Source: Candidatus Eiseniibacteriota bacterium
GTDB lineage: Bacteria > Eisenbacteria > RBG-16-71-46
NCBI GenBank assembly: GCA_038231135.1
Contig: JBBRLX010000024.1
Coordinates: 1-64,000, forward strand
DNA: 64,000 nt
Direction of reading: 5' to 3'
Position 1 is the stretch's first letter. Every line of letters begins with the position of its first letter. A model generated the notes under the pieces. It had not been told where the DNA came from. It was given only the letters and a program-made list of their open reading frames with translations, and did no database searches. Below, in pieces: positions 29,043-38,562 of the stretch. The position numbers were made by a program, and so were the translations under genes.

Positions 29043-32000
29043 ATGGCCGTGCTGGTGATCGCCGCCTGCCTGGCGGCGTCGCCGGGCGGCGCCGATGACG
29101 GCCTCGTCGCGTCCGGCACCGGCAGCGTGTCCGTGCCACCCGGGTTCGTCGTCGAGAGCCTCGGTCCCAATCTCGGATTTACGAGCCCTACGTGCATGGC
29201 GTTCCTTCCCGATGGCCGGCTGCTCGTCGGGGAGAAGCGCGGCCGGCTCTACCTGGTCGAGAACGGCATCAAGCAGCAGACGCCCATCTGGTCCGAAGAG
29301 AAGGAAGTGCTGAATCCTTACGATTTCGGCCTGATGAGCGTCGCCGTCGATCCGCAATACTTCCAGAATCACTTCATTTACCTGCTGTACACCGTCGATC
29401 CCGATAGCAACGGCATCGACATCGAGGACCACGGGTTCGGCCGGCTCGTGCGCTACGAGATGGGCTCCCGCGACACGAACACGCTGGATCCCGGGACGCG
29501 GACGGTGCTCATGGGCGCCGATTGGGCGCACGGGCCCGTCGCGACCGCGGGCTCGCATACCGTGGGATCCCTGAGATTCGGCGAGGACGGCACGCTGCTC
29601 GTGTCGATCGGCGAGGGCGGCGACGCCGGCACCGTCGATCCGGGCAAGTACCACCCGCAGAGCTTCGGTCCCGGTCGCACCCCCATCGACGAAGATATCG
29701 GGGCATTCCGCTCGCAGGACCTGTTCAGCCTGTGCGGAAAAATCCTGAGAATCGATCCCGCCACGGGTCACGGGCTCCCGAGCAATCCGTATTTCGACGG
29801 CGATCCCACGTCCGCGCGCTCGCGCGTGTGGGAGTACGGCCTGCGCAATCCGTTCCGGTTCGCGGTGCGCCCGAACACCGGCGGCTCCGATCCCGAGGAG
29901 GGCAGCCCCGGCACGCTCTACATCGGGGACGTCGGCTGGCTCACGTGGGAGGAGTTGGACGTCGCGGCGACCGCCGGCGCCAATTTCGGCTGGCCGTGCT
30001 ACGAAGGGCCCGGCGAAAACCCGGGATACCAGATGGCGAAGCCCGCGAGCCATTCCTGCGCGACGCTGGGCGGCTCCGACAATCGCGGCGAGTTGAAGTT
30101 TCCGACGGTGTCGTGGACCCATCAGGACCGGTCGCTGGGCAATCCGCCGGGATTCATCGGCAACTGTTCGATGGGCGGCGTGTTCTATACCGGGGACCGC
30201 TATCCCGCCCGGTACCACGGCCGGTACTTCTTCGCGGACTTCGGGGCGAACTGGCTCAAGGCGGCCACCTTCGATTCGCTCGATCACCTGACCGCGCTCG
30301 AGACGTTCGGCGATTTCATGCAGAGCCCGGTCGATTTCGCGGTGAATCCGGTGACCGGCGACATCTGTTACGTCTCGATCGAAGTCGGCGAAGTCCGGAG
30401 GATCCGCTATCAGGGACCCGCGAACCTGCCACCCGTGGTGGTCGCGTCCGCCGTTCCCGATTCGGGCCGCGCTCCCCTCATCATGCAGTTCTCGAGTGCG
30501 GGGAGCCGCGATCCGGAAGGCCAGCCGCTGACCTGGTTGTGGGACTTCGACGACGGCGGGAGTTCGATCGATCCCGCTCCAGCCCACGAATTCAAGGCGG
30601 GGGGCTCGTACGACGTCGTGCTGACGGTCACGGATTCGCTGGGCGCCGCCGGGCGGGGCACGGTGCACGTGCGGTTGTCCGGGCCCCGGGCGTTTCCGGC
30701 CGCCCCGGTCCTCGATTCGTTCAATCAGGCGGATGGTCCATTGGGGCCTGCCTGGTCGGACAACATCGCCGCGATGGTGGTCCGGGACAGCGCGCTCACC
30801 CAGAACGGACCGCCGTCGCCGTCGGGGGTCTGGAGCGGGGCGGCGTTCGGCCCCGATCAGGAAGCCTTCGTGACGCTGCGCACGATCGCGCCCGCCTGCA
30901 AGCGTTACAGCCTGCTGCTCAAGATCCAGTCGAAGACGTTCACGAGCGGCGGTATCGAGGTGCGCTACGACGCGACCCTGTCGACGATCGAAGTGTCGAC
31001 GTACCAGCCGGGCCCGGGCTGGAAGAACCGCGGCACGTTTCCCGCAGCGTTCCAGAACGGGGACCGGTTCGGCGCCCGGGCGTATTCCGACGGCGTGCTG
31101 CAGGTGTTCCGCAACGCCGACAAGATCGGCGAGGTGTCGCTCCGGAACTGGGCGCTCGTGGCCAACGGCGGCTCGATCGGCATCGACCTCGCGGGCGCCA
31201 CCGGCTCGCAGCTCGAGGACTTCGGCGGCGGCACGATCTTCAGCGGCGTCAACACCGAGCCCACCGCGGTCATCGACTCGCCGGCCGCGCTGACGTTCGC
31301 GGCCGAGGGCGACACCGTGCACCTGCGATCCGCGTCGTTCGATGCCCAGGATACTGCGCTCGCAGTGCAGTGGACGGTGGACCTGCATCACAACAATCAC
31401 ATTCATCCGGCGTGGTTCTCGAGCAACCGGCCGCAGGATTCCTTCGTGATGATCAATCACGACGACGGCACCGGGGTGTTCTTCCAGGTGAACCTGCGGG
31501 TCACCGACTCGGGCGGCCTCGAGGACGCGGTGAGTGCGCCTGTCTACCCCGACATCAACCTGACGTGTTCCCCGCTGACCGTCACCCCCGATCCGCTGCT
31601 GGCCGGAGTCCCGGCCTCGTGCCGGTTCACGATCCAAAACACGGGTGGCGCGCGCTCACCCCGGTTCCGCTGGCTGCTGAGCCTGGACGGCAGGGCAGCG
31701 ATGCAGGGCGACACGCTGCTGTTCGCGCGGAGCAGCATGACGCTCACCGCGAACCTGCCGGCGCCGATCGCCACCGGCGTGCATACGCTGCGGCTCGTCG
31801 CGGACACGCTGGGCCAGGTGTACGAGACGCTCGAGCTCGACAACGCCGCGATGCTGCAGACGGTGGCGATTCCCGGTTCGGGCAACGACCACCGGGCCCC
31901 GAGCTTCGTCGGGCTTCCGGCGGCAGAGCCGTACGCGGTGTTCTCCTGGATCCGCTGGCGGACCGACGAGCCGACGATCGGCGTGATCTATTACGGCCGC

Positions 32001-32480
32001 ACGCTCGCACTCGGCGACTCGGTGACCGCCCCGAACGCGCCCGACACGACGCAGGCCATGCAGCTCCAGGGCCTCACGCCCGGCGCCGCGTATTACTGGC
32101 GGCTGGCGGCGATCGATCTCGCGGGAAACCGGACGCTGGCGGCCGTCGACTCGTTCGAGACCCGGCTGGGGCCCGCGGACGCGGGTGGCCCGGGCATCCC
32201 CCGCGTGCTGGAACTCTCGCAGGCGCGGCCCAACCCGACGCACGGCGCGATCGCGTTCGACCTCGCACTGCCGCGCCCGGCTGCGATCGCATTCGTGGTC
32301 TACGATCTGCTCGGTCGCGAGATGTGGCGGGCGCCGCAGCGGCAACTGGCGGCGGGCCGCTGGCCGCTGATGTGGCCCGGCACGAGCGCGGCGGGTCGCG
32401 CGCTGCCCCCCGGGCTCTATCTGGCCCGCGTCCGGGCGGGCGACGTCACGCTGACCCGTCGCATCGCGATTCTCAGGTAA
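29043..32480 (+). CDS. Secreted PQQ-dependent sugar dehydrogenase (GSDH) with PKD, CARDB-like, FN3-like and T9SS/FlgD-like C-terminal domains
   Basis: AFLPDGRLLV, GKILRIDP, YGLRNPFR, GDVGW, NFGWP.YEG; PKD WDFDDG..YDVVLTVTD; CTD ARPNP..YDLLGR..PPGLYLAR; start uncertain (28926-29043). Confidence 0.85.
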   Translation: MAVLVIAACLAASPGGADDGLVASGTGSVSVPPGFVVESLGPNLGFTSPTCMAFLPDGRLLVGEKRGRLYLVENGIKQQTPIWSEEKEVLNPYDFGLMSVAVDPQYFQNHFIYLLYTVDPDSNGIDIEDHGFGRLVRYEMGSRDTNTLDPGTRTVLMGADWAHGPVATAGSHTVGSLRFGEDGTLLVSIGEGGDAGTVDPGKYHPQSFGPGRTPIDEDIGAFRSQDLFSLCGKILRIDPATGHGLPSNPYFDGDPTSARSRVWEYGLRNPFRFAVRPNTGGSDPEEGSPGTLYIGDVGWLTWEELDVAATAGANFGWPCYEGPGENPGYQMAKPASHSCATLGGSDNRGELKFPTVSWTHQDRSLGNPPGFIGNCSMGGVFYTGDRYPARYHGRYFFADFGANWLKAATFDSLDHLTALETFGDFMQSPVDFAVNPVTGDICYVSIEVGEVRRIRYQGPANLPPVVVASAVPDSGRAPLIMQFSSAGSRDPEGQPLTWLWDFDDGGSSIDPAPAHEFKAGGSYDVVLTVTDSLGAAGRGTVHVRLSGPRAFPAAPVLDSFNQADGPLGPAWSDNIAAMVVRDSALTQNGPPSPSGVWSGAAFGPDQEAFVTLRTIAPACKRYSLLLKIQSKTFTSGGIEVRYDATLSTIEVSTYQPGPGWKNRGTFPAAFQNGDRFGARAYSDGVLQVFRNADKIGEVSLRNWALVANGGSIGIDLAGATGSQLEDFGGGTIFSGVNTEPTAVIDSPAALTFAAEGDTVHLRSASFDAQDTALAVQWTVDLHHNNHIHPAWFSSNRPQDSFVMINHDDGTGVFFQVNLRVTDSGGLEDAVSAPVYPDINLTCSPLTVTPDPLLAGVPASCRFTIQNTGGARSPRFRWLLSLDGRAAMQGDTLLFARSSMTLTANLPAPIATGVHTLRLVADTLGQVYETLELDNAAMLQTVAIPGSGNDHRAPSFVGLPAAEPYAVFSWIRWRTDEPTIGVIYYGRTLALGDSVTAPNAPDTTQAMQLQGLTPGAAYYWRLAAIDLAGNRTLAAVDSFETRLGPADAGGPGIPRVLELSQARPNPTHGAIAFDLALPRPAAIAFVVYDLLGREMWRAPQRQLAAGRWPLMWPGTSAAGRALPPGLYLARVRAGDVTLTRRIAILR

Positions 32481-32600
32481 ACCGGCGGAACCCCCCGGGT
32501 GGCGGCGGCTCGCCCGGCCTGCTCGAACAACCCCAGGGCGCGGCCTGAAGACGGCCGGCCACGGGCACGATCCGCCCGTCCCGCCCGCCCGCCCGAAAAT

Positions 32601-32612
32601 GTGTTGCAACAC
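32601..32612. promoter_or_regulatory. Palindromic operator candidate upstream of marR
   Basis: Perfect palindrome GTGTTGCAACAC, flanked by AAA/TTT, 27 nt before the ATG. Confidence 0.6.
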
Positions 32613-32639
32613 CTTTCCCCCTGGCGTATCCAAAGGGTC

Positions 32640-33110
32640 ATGGGGAATGCTCTCAAGCGCAGGCTCAAGCAGACCAAATTCGAGGGTCCGCATCACGAGG
32701 CGATGCTCAATCTGCTGGTGGCGTCCGCGCACGTCCGGGCCGCGATGGACCGGGTGTGCGCGAACCACGCGATCACGGAGGCCCAGTACAACGTGCTGCG
32801 CATCCTGCGCGGGGCGCTGCCGGATGGCTACCCCCGCTGCGAGATCGCCGTGCGCATGCTCGAGCGCGCACCGGACGTGACCCGGCTGATCGACCGGCTG
32901 GCGAAGGAGGGTCTGGTGGCGCGCACGCGGTCAGGCGACGATCTGCGGCTGTCGATCACCCGCATCACGCCCGACGGGCTCGATCTGTTGAACCGCATGG
33001 AGGACGAGGTCGCCGGCGTGCACCAGCAGTTCGCCGAGCGCTGGTCGGTCAGGGACGCCCGCGAGGTGTCGAAGCTCTTGGAGCACCTGTACGAGCCCGA
33101 AACGCCGTAA
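32640..33110 (+). CDS. MarR family transcriptional regulator
   Basis: ITEAQYNVLRILRG, PDVTRLIDRL..GLV.R, ITPDG. Confidence 0.92.
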   Translation: MGNALKRRLKQTKFEGPHHEAMLNLLVASAHVRAAMDRVCANHAITEAQYNVLRILRGALPDGYPRCEIAVRMLERAPDVTRLIDRLAKEGLVARTRSGDDLRLSITRITPDGLDLLNRMEDEVAGVHQQFAERWSVRDAREVSKLLEHLYEPETP

Positions 33111-33119
33111 ACGGCTGTT

Positions 33120-34523
33120 TCAGGCGCCCGCAATGGCGGTTTGTTGTTCGGGCTCAGGTTCCCCCGGGTCGGTCAGCGGCAACCACAGCTCCACGAGCAG
33201 GCCGCCGCCGGGGGCGTTGCTCGCCACCACGGACCCACCGTGCAGTCGGACCGCGCGCTCGGTGATCGCGAGCCCGAGGCCGGTGCCGCCGGTCTGCCGG
33301 TCGCGCGCGTCGCCGACCCGGTGAAACGGACGGAACAGCCGCGGCAGCTCGTCCTCGGGCACCCCGGGGCCGTGATCGCGCACCCGCACCACCGCCCTGG
33401 CGTCGCCCCCCACTTCGGAGCGCTCGAGCGAGATCTCGACTGCGCGGCCCTCCGGCGTGTGGCGGACCGCGTTCCGCACCACGTTCTCGACCGCGCTCTC
33501 GATCAGTTCGGTCTGGCCCGCGAGTTCGGCCGAATCGCAGCGCACCACGCGCACGTCGCGCTGCCGCGCGCGCGCCTCGAACTGCGCGTCGTCGGCGACC
33601 CGCCGTACCAGCGGCGCGAGCGCCACCGCCTCCCGGCGCATCGCGGTGTCGCCGGCTTCGAACCGGCTGAGCGTCAGCAGCTGACCGATCAGGGAGCTCA
33701 GGCGCTCGCTCTCGAGCTCGATGCGGTCGAGCACCTCGTCGGGGAGCGTATGGCGCTGGCGCGCGATGCCGAGCGCGACGTTCATGCGGGCCAGCGGCGA
33801 CCGCAGCTCGTGCGAGATGTCCCGCAGCAGCCGGCGCTGCGATCCCATGGCCTCCTCGAGCCGTTCCGCCATGAGGTCGAAGTCCCGTCCCAGCTCCGCG
33901 AGCTCGTCGCCGCCGGCGCTCGACATGCCGGTGCGCGCGGACAGGTCGCCCGCGGCCAGACGCCGGGCGGCATGCGCCAGCCGCACCATCGGGGCCGTCA
34001 GGTGCCGCGCCAGCGCGTAACACACCAGTCCGGCGGTGAGCACGGCGACGAGCAGCAGCAGCCATTGGTTGCCTCGGAACACGCGCAGGATCGGCGGCGG
34101 ACCCTTGCGCGCCTCGGTCGCGAACACGTAGCGGCCGCGCGCGCCCTGCACCGGCCGCGCGATGACCGGCACCGCGAGCCCGGTGTGCACCTCGAGCCTA
34201 TGGGTCGCGAGCGCCGTCCGTCCCGCCTGCAGTACCTCGACCGGCGGTTTCGAGCCGCCGAGCGGCGAGTCCCGGCCGTCGAGCAGGTAGGACCTGGCGC
34301 CGGTGTTGCGGTAGAGCTGGTTCAGGAACGCCGCCAGCCCGGCGGATCCGTCGCGTTCCCACGCGTCGGTCGCGAGCACCGCGTACATCGAATAGGAATT
34401 GCGCTCGGGGATCCGGATGCCGCCCGTCCACCACGACAGGCTCTGCGCGCCCGCGATGCCGAGGATCAGCAGCGCGACCGCGCCCCAGAACCACAGGAAG
34501 ATCTTGACGAACAACGAGCGCAT
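33120..34523 (-). CDS. HAMP-domain sensor histidine kinase, CpxA-like
   Basis: MRSLFVKIFLWFW, two TMs, HAMP, DISHELRSPL, ENVVRNA, DHGPG, GTGLGLAI. Confidence 0.93.
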   Translation of the reverse strand: MRSLFVKIFLWFWGAVALLILGIAGAQSLSWWTGGIRIPERNSYSMYAVLATDAWERDGSAGLAAFLNQLYRNTGARSYLLDGRDSPLGGSKPPVEVLQAGRTALATHRLEVHTGLAVPVIARPVQGARGRYVFATEARKGPPPILRVFRGNQWLLLLVAVLTAGLVCYALARHLTAPMVRLAHAARRLAAGDLSARTGMSSAGGDELAELGRDFDLMAERLEEAMGSQRRLLRDISHELRSPLARMNVALGIARQRHTLPDEVLDRIELESERLSSLIGQLLTLSRFEAGDTAMRREAVALAPLVRRVADDAQFEARARQRDVRVVRCDSAELAGQTELIESAVENVVRNAVRHTPEGRAVEISLERSEVGGDARAVVRVRDHGPGVPEDELPRLFRPFHRVGDARDRQTGGTGLGLAITERAVRLHGGSVVASNAPGGGLLVELWLPLTDPGEPEPEQQTAIAGA

Positions 34524-35275
34524 CAGACCTCCGCCGACTGCTCGCCGGCGCGCACGTAGAGATAGCCCGAGCCGCGCACGGTCTTGATGCGGTCCCCGCC
34601 GCCCGGATGGGGGCCGAGCTTTCTGCGCAGATTGCTCACGTGCATGTCGACGCTGCGATCGAACGGCACGAACGGCCGTCCCAGCACCGCACGCGACAGC
34701 TCCTCACGCCCCACGATGCGGCCGGCCCGCCGCAGCAGCTCGGCGAGCATGTCGAACTCGACCGAAGTCAGCGGCACCGCCTCGCCCGCCCGGCGCGTCT
34801 CGCGCGTGCCGGGATCGAGCACCAGGTCCTCGATCCGGACCAGCACCGGCCGATCCCGATCGTCCGTGGACTCCGCGGTCCCGACCCGCCGCAGGATGGC
34901 GCGGATACGCGCCACCAGCTCGCGCGGCTGGAACGGCTTCGCCAGGTAGTCGTCGGCGCCCATCTCGAGCCCGACGATGCGGTCGACGTCGTCGCCCCGG
35001 GCGGTGAGCATCAGGACCGGAACGTCACAGCGGGCCCGCAGCCGGCGCAACACCTCGAAACCGTTGAGGCGCGGCAGCATCACGTCGAGCACCACGAGAT
35101 CGTACCGGCCGGAGATCGCGACCTCGAGCCCCTCGAGGGGCTCGGTGGTGGTGGTGACTTCGAAGCCCTCGCGCTGCAGGAACTCGGACACGAGATCGCA
35201 CAGCTCGGTATCGTCGTCGACCAGCAGAATGCGCTGGCGCGGAGCGGGCTGTTTCTGGATCGAAGCGGATTCCAT
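34523..35275 (-). CDS. OmpR-family response regulator, CpxR-like
   Basis: ILLVDDD, LDVMLP, MLTARG, GADDYLAKPF, DMHVSNLRRKL, TVRGSGY. Confidence 0.93.
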   Translation of the reverse strand: MESASIQKQPAPRQRILLVDDDTELCDLVSEFLQREGFEVTTTTEPLEGLEVAISGRYDLVVLDVMLPRLNGFEVLRRLRARCDVPVLMLTARGDDVDRIVGLEMGADDYLAKPFQPRELVARIRAILRRVGTAESTDDRDRPVLVRIEDLVLDPGTRETRRAGEAVPLTSVEFDMLAELLRRAGRIVGREELSRAVLGRPFVPFDRSVDMHVSNLRRKLGPHPGGGDRIKTVRGSGYLYVRAGEQSAEV

Positions 35276-35341
35276 GATGAATAACCCGGGTAGGCCGAAT
35301 GAGGGGACCGCCCATTCTACCGGTATTCCGCCGCCGTTATC

Positions 35342-35356
35342 GTCAAGAACCGTCAA
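35342..35356. promoter_or_regulatory. Candidate OmpR/CpxR-type tandem binding site
   Basis: GTCAA-N5-GTCAA direct repeat in the divergent intergenic region. Confidence 0.5.
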
Positions 35357-35501
35357 GGATTCCGTCGCCCGGCTGACGAAAACCCACGGCCGGCAGCGGG
35401 CGCGATGACTTCGCAACCGTTATGCTCCGATGCCCCATCCAACGGACAACCGCGACGCAAACGCGTTCGCGAGCCCTCAAAGGACTCCGGAGATTCCCAC
35501 G

Positions 35502-36845
35502 GTGCTTCGATTCCAACTGCTGCTCGCGTCTCTGCTGCTGAACGCGGGTGTGGCCGCCGCGCAGGGAACCGCACCGGACACCACCACCGCTCCCGATGAC
35601 GGCGCGGTGCCGATCCCGCTCACCCGTGTCGTCGAGCTCGCGGAACACAACGCCACCCAGGTGATCCAGGCGCAGGGCCAGACCCGCACGCGCAACGCGG
35701 CCGTGCGCTCGGCGTACGCGGCGTTCATCCCGTCGTTGACCGTCAGCGCCGGGGGCACCCGGCAGCTGCCGTCGGGCGCGCGTACCCGCATCGAGAACGG
35801 GCAGGTGATCACGCTGCCGCCCCAGCCCTGGTCGTACGCGATGGGCCTCAACGCCAGCGTCGACCTGTTCGATGGCGGCCGCCGCATCTTCGACCTGCAG
35901 CAGGCCCGCGCGAGCGCGGGCGCGGCGCGGGTGCACGAGACCACGGCGCGCTACGCCGCGGTGCTCGACGCCAAGCAGCAGTTCTTCAACGTGCTCGCGG
36001 CGCGCGAGTCCGAGTCCGCCGCGCGGACACAGCTCGAACAGGCCGAGCTGGACCTGCGCTCGTCGACGGCACGGGTGCTTGCGCGCACGGTGACCCGCTC
36101 GGACTCGCTGCGCGCGGAGATCCAGGTGCGGAACGCGCGGATCGCGGTGACCGAGGCCCGCACCTCGCGAATGATCGCGAACGCGGCGCTGTCGCAGCTG
36201 ATCGGCTCGACCCAGCTCGTCACCGCCGCCGAGACCGACACCCTGGGGCCGCCGGAGCTGCCGCTCGACGAACCCGCGCTGCGCACGCTCGTCGAGCACG
36301 GTCCGGCCGTGGCGGAGGCCCAGGCGAATTTGGATGCCGCCCGCGCGTCCCGGCGCGGCAGCTGGTCGGGATACCTGCCGACGCTCACCACGAGCTATTC
36401 GCGCAACGGCAACGCGGTTGGCGACGCGCTGTTTCCGAGCGGTGACCCGTTCACCTACTCGGGGGCGCTGCGGCTGTCCGTGTCGCTGCCGCTGTTCAAT
36501 CAGCTGCAGCGCGAGGAGCAGCGCACCGACCTGGACGTCGCCGCCGACAACGCGGCGGCCGAACTGCGCGACGCGCAACTCGCGGCGCGGCTGAATCTCG
36601 CGACGGCGCTCGGCGCCTGGCGGTCGGCCCGCGAGCGCGTGGACTTGCAGACGGCGTCGGTGCTGGCGGGGATCGAGGACCTGCGCGTGCAGCAGCAGCG
36701 CTATGCGGTCGGCGGGTCGACGCTGCTCGACGTGCTCACGTCCCAGACGCAGCTCGACCAGGCCCGGCGGGACCTGATCCGGGCCCGCTACGACCAGCGG
36801 GTGGCGCGGGCGCAGCTCGAAGCGCTGGCGGGGAGGTCGCTGTGA
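35502..36845 (+). CDS. TolC family outer membrane efflux protein
   Basis: Signal peptide after GGAG-GTG; two OEP halves (AFIPSL..DLFDGG, YLPTL..LPLFN), RYAVGGSTLLDVL. Confidence 0.9.
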   Translation: MLRFQLLLASLLLNAGVAAAQGTAPDTTTAPDDGAVPIPLTRVVELAEHNATQVIQAQGQTRTRNAAVRSAYAAFIPSLTVSAGGTRQLPSGARTRIENGQVITLPPQPWSYAMGLNASVDLFDGGRRIFDLQQARASAGAARVHETTARYAAVLDAKQQFFNVLAARESESAARTQLEQAELDLRSSTARVLARTVTRSDSLRAEIQVRNARIAVTEARTSRMIANAALSQLIGSTQLVTAAETDTLGPPELPLDEPALRTLVEHGPAVAEAQANLDAARASRRGSWSGYLPTLTTSYSRNGNAVGDALFPSGDPFTYSGALRLSVSLPLFNQLQREEQRTDLDVAADNAAAELRDAQLAARLNLATALGAWRSARERVDLQTASVLAGIEDLRVQQQRYAVGGSTLLDVLTSQTQLDQARRDLIRARYDQRVARAQLEALAGRSL

Positions 36846-36894
36846 GGCGCCTGCACGCCGGCGGAAGCGATTCGTCGTGGAACGGGAGGGACCG

Positions 36895-38562
36895 GTGAAG
36901 CCGTCGTCGAGGCAGTGGTACGTGATCGCGGCCGTGGTGGCCGCTGTGGTGGTGGCCGTCGTCGTGGTGCGCAACGCCGCCAGCCGGCGCGTGACCACCA
37001 GCGCCGTGCAGACCGAGGCCGTGGCGCGGCGCACGATCACCGTCACGATCGAGGCGACCGGCACCGTCGAGCCCATCGACCTGGTCGAAGTGAAATCGAA
37101 GGCGTCGGGCCAGATCCTCAAGATGCCCGTGCAGGTCGGCTCGGTGGTGAAGGCCGGCGATCTGCTCGCGCAGATCGACAAGGTCGACGTGCAGAATCAA
37201 TACGATCAGACGGTCGCGACACTGCGGGCCGCGCAGTCCAAGACCGACATCTCGCTGGCCCAGAAGAAGCGCGCCGACGACCTGTTCACGCAGGGCATCA
37301 TCACCGCGCCCGAGCACGAGGCTGCGACCCTCGACTACGCGAATTCGCAGGCGGCGCTGGTCAAGGCCCGCACTGATCTCGACAGCGCGCGCCAGCGCCT
37401 CGCGGACGCCACCGTGCGCGCGCCCGTGGCCGGCACCGTGCTCTCGCAGACGGTCACGGTGGGCCAGGTGATCGCGTCGGCCACCACGTCGGTGAGCGGC
37501 GGCACCACGCTGCTCACCATGGCGGACCTCAACCGCATCCGCATGCGCGCGCTGGTGAGCGAGACCGACATCGGCAGCGTGCGCCCGGGCCAGAGCGCGA
37601 CCGTCACGGTCGACGCGTTCCCGCAGCGGCCGTTCAACGGCACGGTCGAGAAGATCGAGCCGCAGGCGGTGATCCAGCAGTCGGTGACCATGTTCCCGGT
37701 GCTGGTGTCGATTCCGAACGAGGGCGGCCTGCTGCTGCCCGGCATGAACGGCCAGGTGGCGATGCTGATCGCCGAGCGCGACAACGTGCTCGCCGTGCCC
37801 GTGGACGCGCTGCGTACGGCACGCGAGATCCCGACCGTCGCGGTGGCGCTGGGCATGAACCCGGATTCCGTGCAGGCCGACGTGCAGCGCCAGATCCAGA
37901 CCCGCATGGCCGCGATGGCCGGCGCCGCGGGCGACTCGGCACGCGCCGCCGGGCGGCTCGGGCGCGCGTCGGGCCCGGATGGAGCGGGTGCGGGTGCGGG
38001 CTTCGCCGGCGGCGGTGGCCGTGGCGGCCATCGTGATGGCGGCGGCCCAGGTGGCGGTGGCGGCGCGAACGGCTTCGCGGGTGGCGGCGGCCGTGGCTGG
38101 AATCGCGGCGCGGGGAGTGACTCGGGCGGCCGCGCCATGGCGGGTGGTGGCGGTGGCGGTGGCCGTGGGCGCTGGCGGAATGGCGGCGGCGCGGGTCAGG
38201 GTTTCGGCGGCGCGGGCGGCGCCGGCGGCGGTGGACCGATGGGCGCCGGGGGTGCGGCGGGCGGCGGTGGCGGCCGCAACCGCGCGCAGGTCGCGTTCGT
38301 CAAGACCACGAATGGGCTCGAGCCGCGCCTGGTGCGCACCGGCGTTTCCGATTTCGACTATTCCGAGGTGCTGAGCGGGCTCCAGGAGGGCGACCAGGTC
38401 GCGCTGCTCAGCGTCGCCGAACTGCAGGCGCGCCGGAAGGACGACCAGGCGCAACTCCGCCAGCGAATGGGCAACGGCATGCCCGGCGCCCCCGCCGCCG
38501 GCGGCCGTGGTGGGCCCGGTGGTGGTGGCGGCGGGCGCCCCGGCGGGGGCGCCGGTCGCTGA
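36895..38562 (+). CDS. MacA-like periplasmic adaptor (membrane fusion protein) with Gly/Arg-rich insert
   Basis: ATGTVEP, VKSKASGQI, GDLLAQID, VRAPVAGTV, VSETDIG, LLPGM, EVLSGLQEGD. Confidence 0.9.
   Translation: MKPSSRQWYVIAAVVAAVVVAVVVVRNAASRRVTTSAVQTEAVARRTITVTIEATGTVEPIDLVEVKSKASGQILKMPVQVGSVVKAGDLLAQIDKVDVQNQYDQTVATLRAAQSKTDISLAQKKRADDLFTQGIITAPEHEAATLDYANSQAALVKARTDLDSARQRLADATVRAPVAGTVLSQTVTVGQVIASATTSVSGGTTLLTMADLNRIRMRALVSETDIGSVRPGQSATVTVDAFPQRPFNGTVEKIEPQAVIQQSVTMFPVLVSIPNEGGLLLPGMNGQVAMLIAERDNVLAVPVDALRTAREIPTVAVALGMNPDSVQADVQRQIQTRMAAMAGAAGDSARAAGRLGRASGPDGAGAGAGFAGGGGRGGHRDGGGPGGGGGANGFAGGGGRGWNRGAGSDSGGRAMAGGGGGGGRGRWRNGGGAGQGFGGAGGAGGGGPMGAGGAAGGGGGRNRAQVAFVKTTNGLEPRLVRTGVSDFDYSEVLSGLQEGDQVALLSVAELQARRKDDQAQLRQRMGNGMPGAPAAGGRGGPGGGGGGRPGGGAGR

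Noticed and set aside
21213..32548. Very long alternative-frame ORFs (e.g. 21213..23984-, 24333..26570-, 29028..31637-, 29522..32548+)
   Set aside because: Arg/Ala/Pro-rich, motif-free shadows of well-supported genes, expected at this GC content
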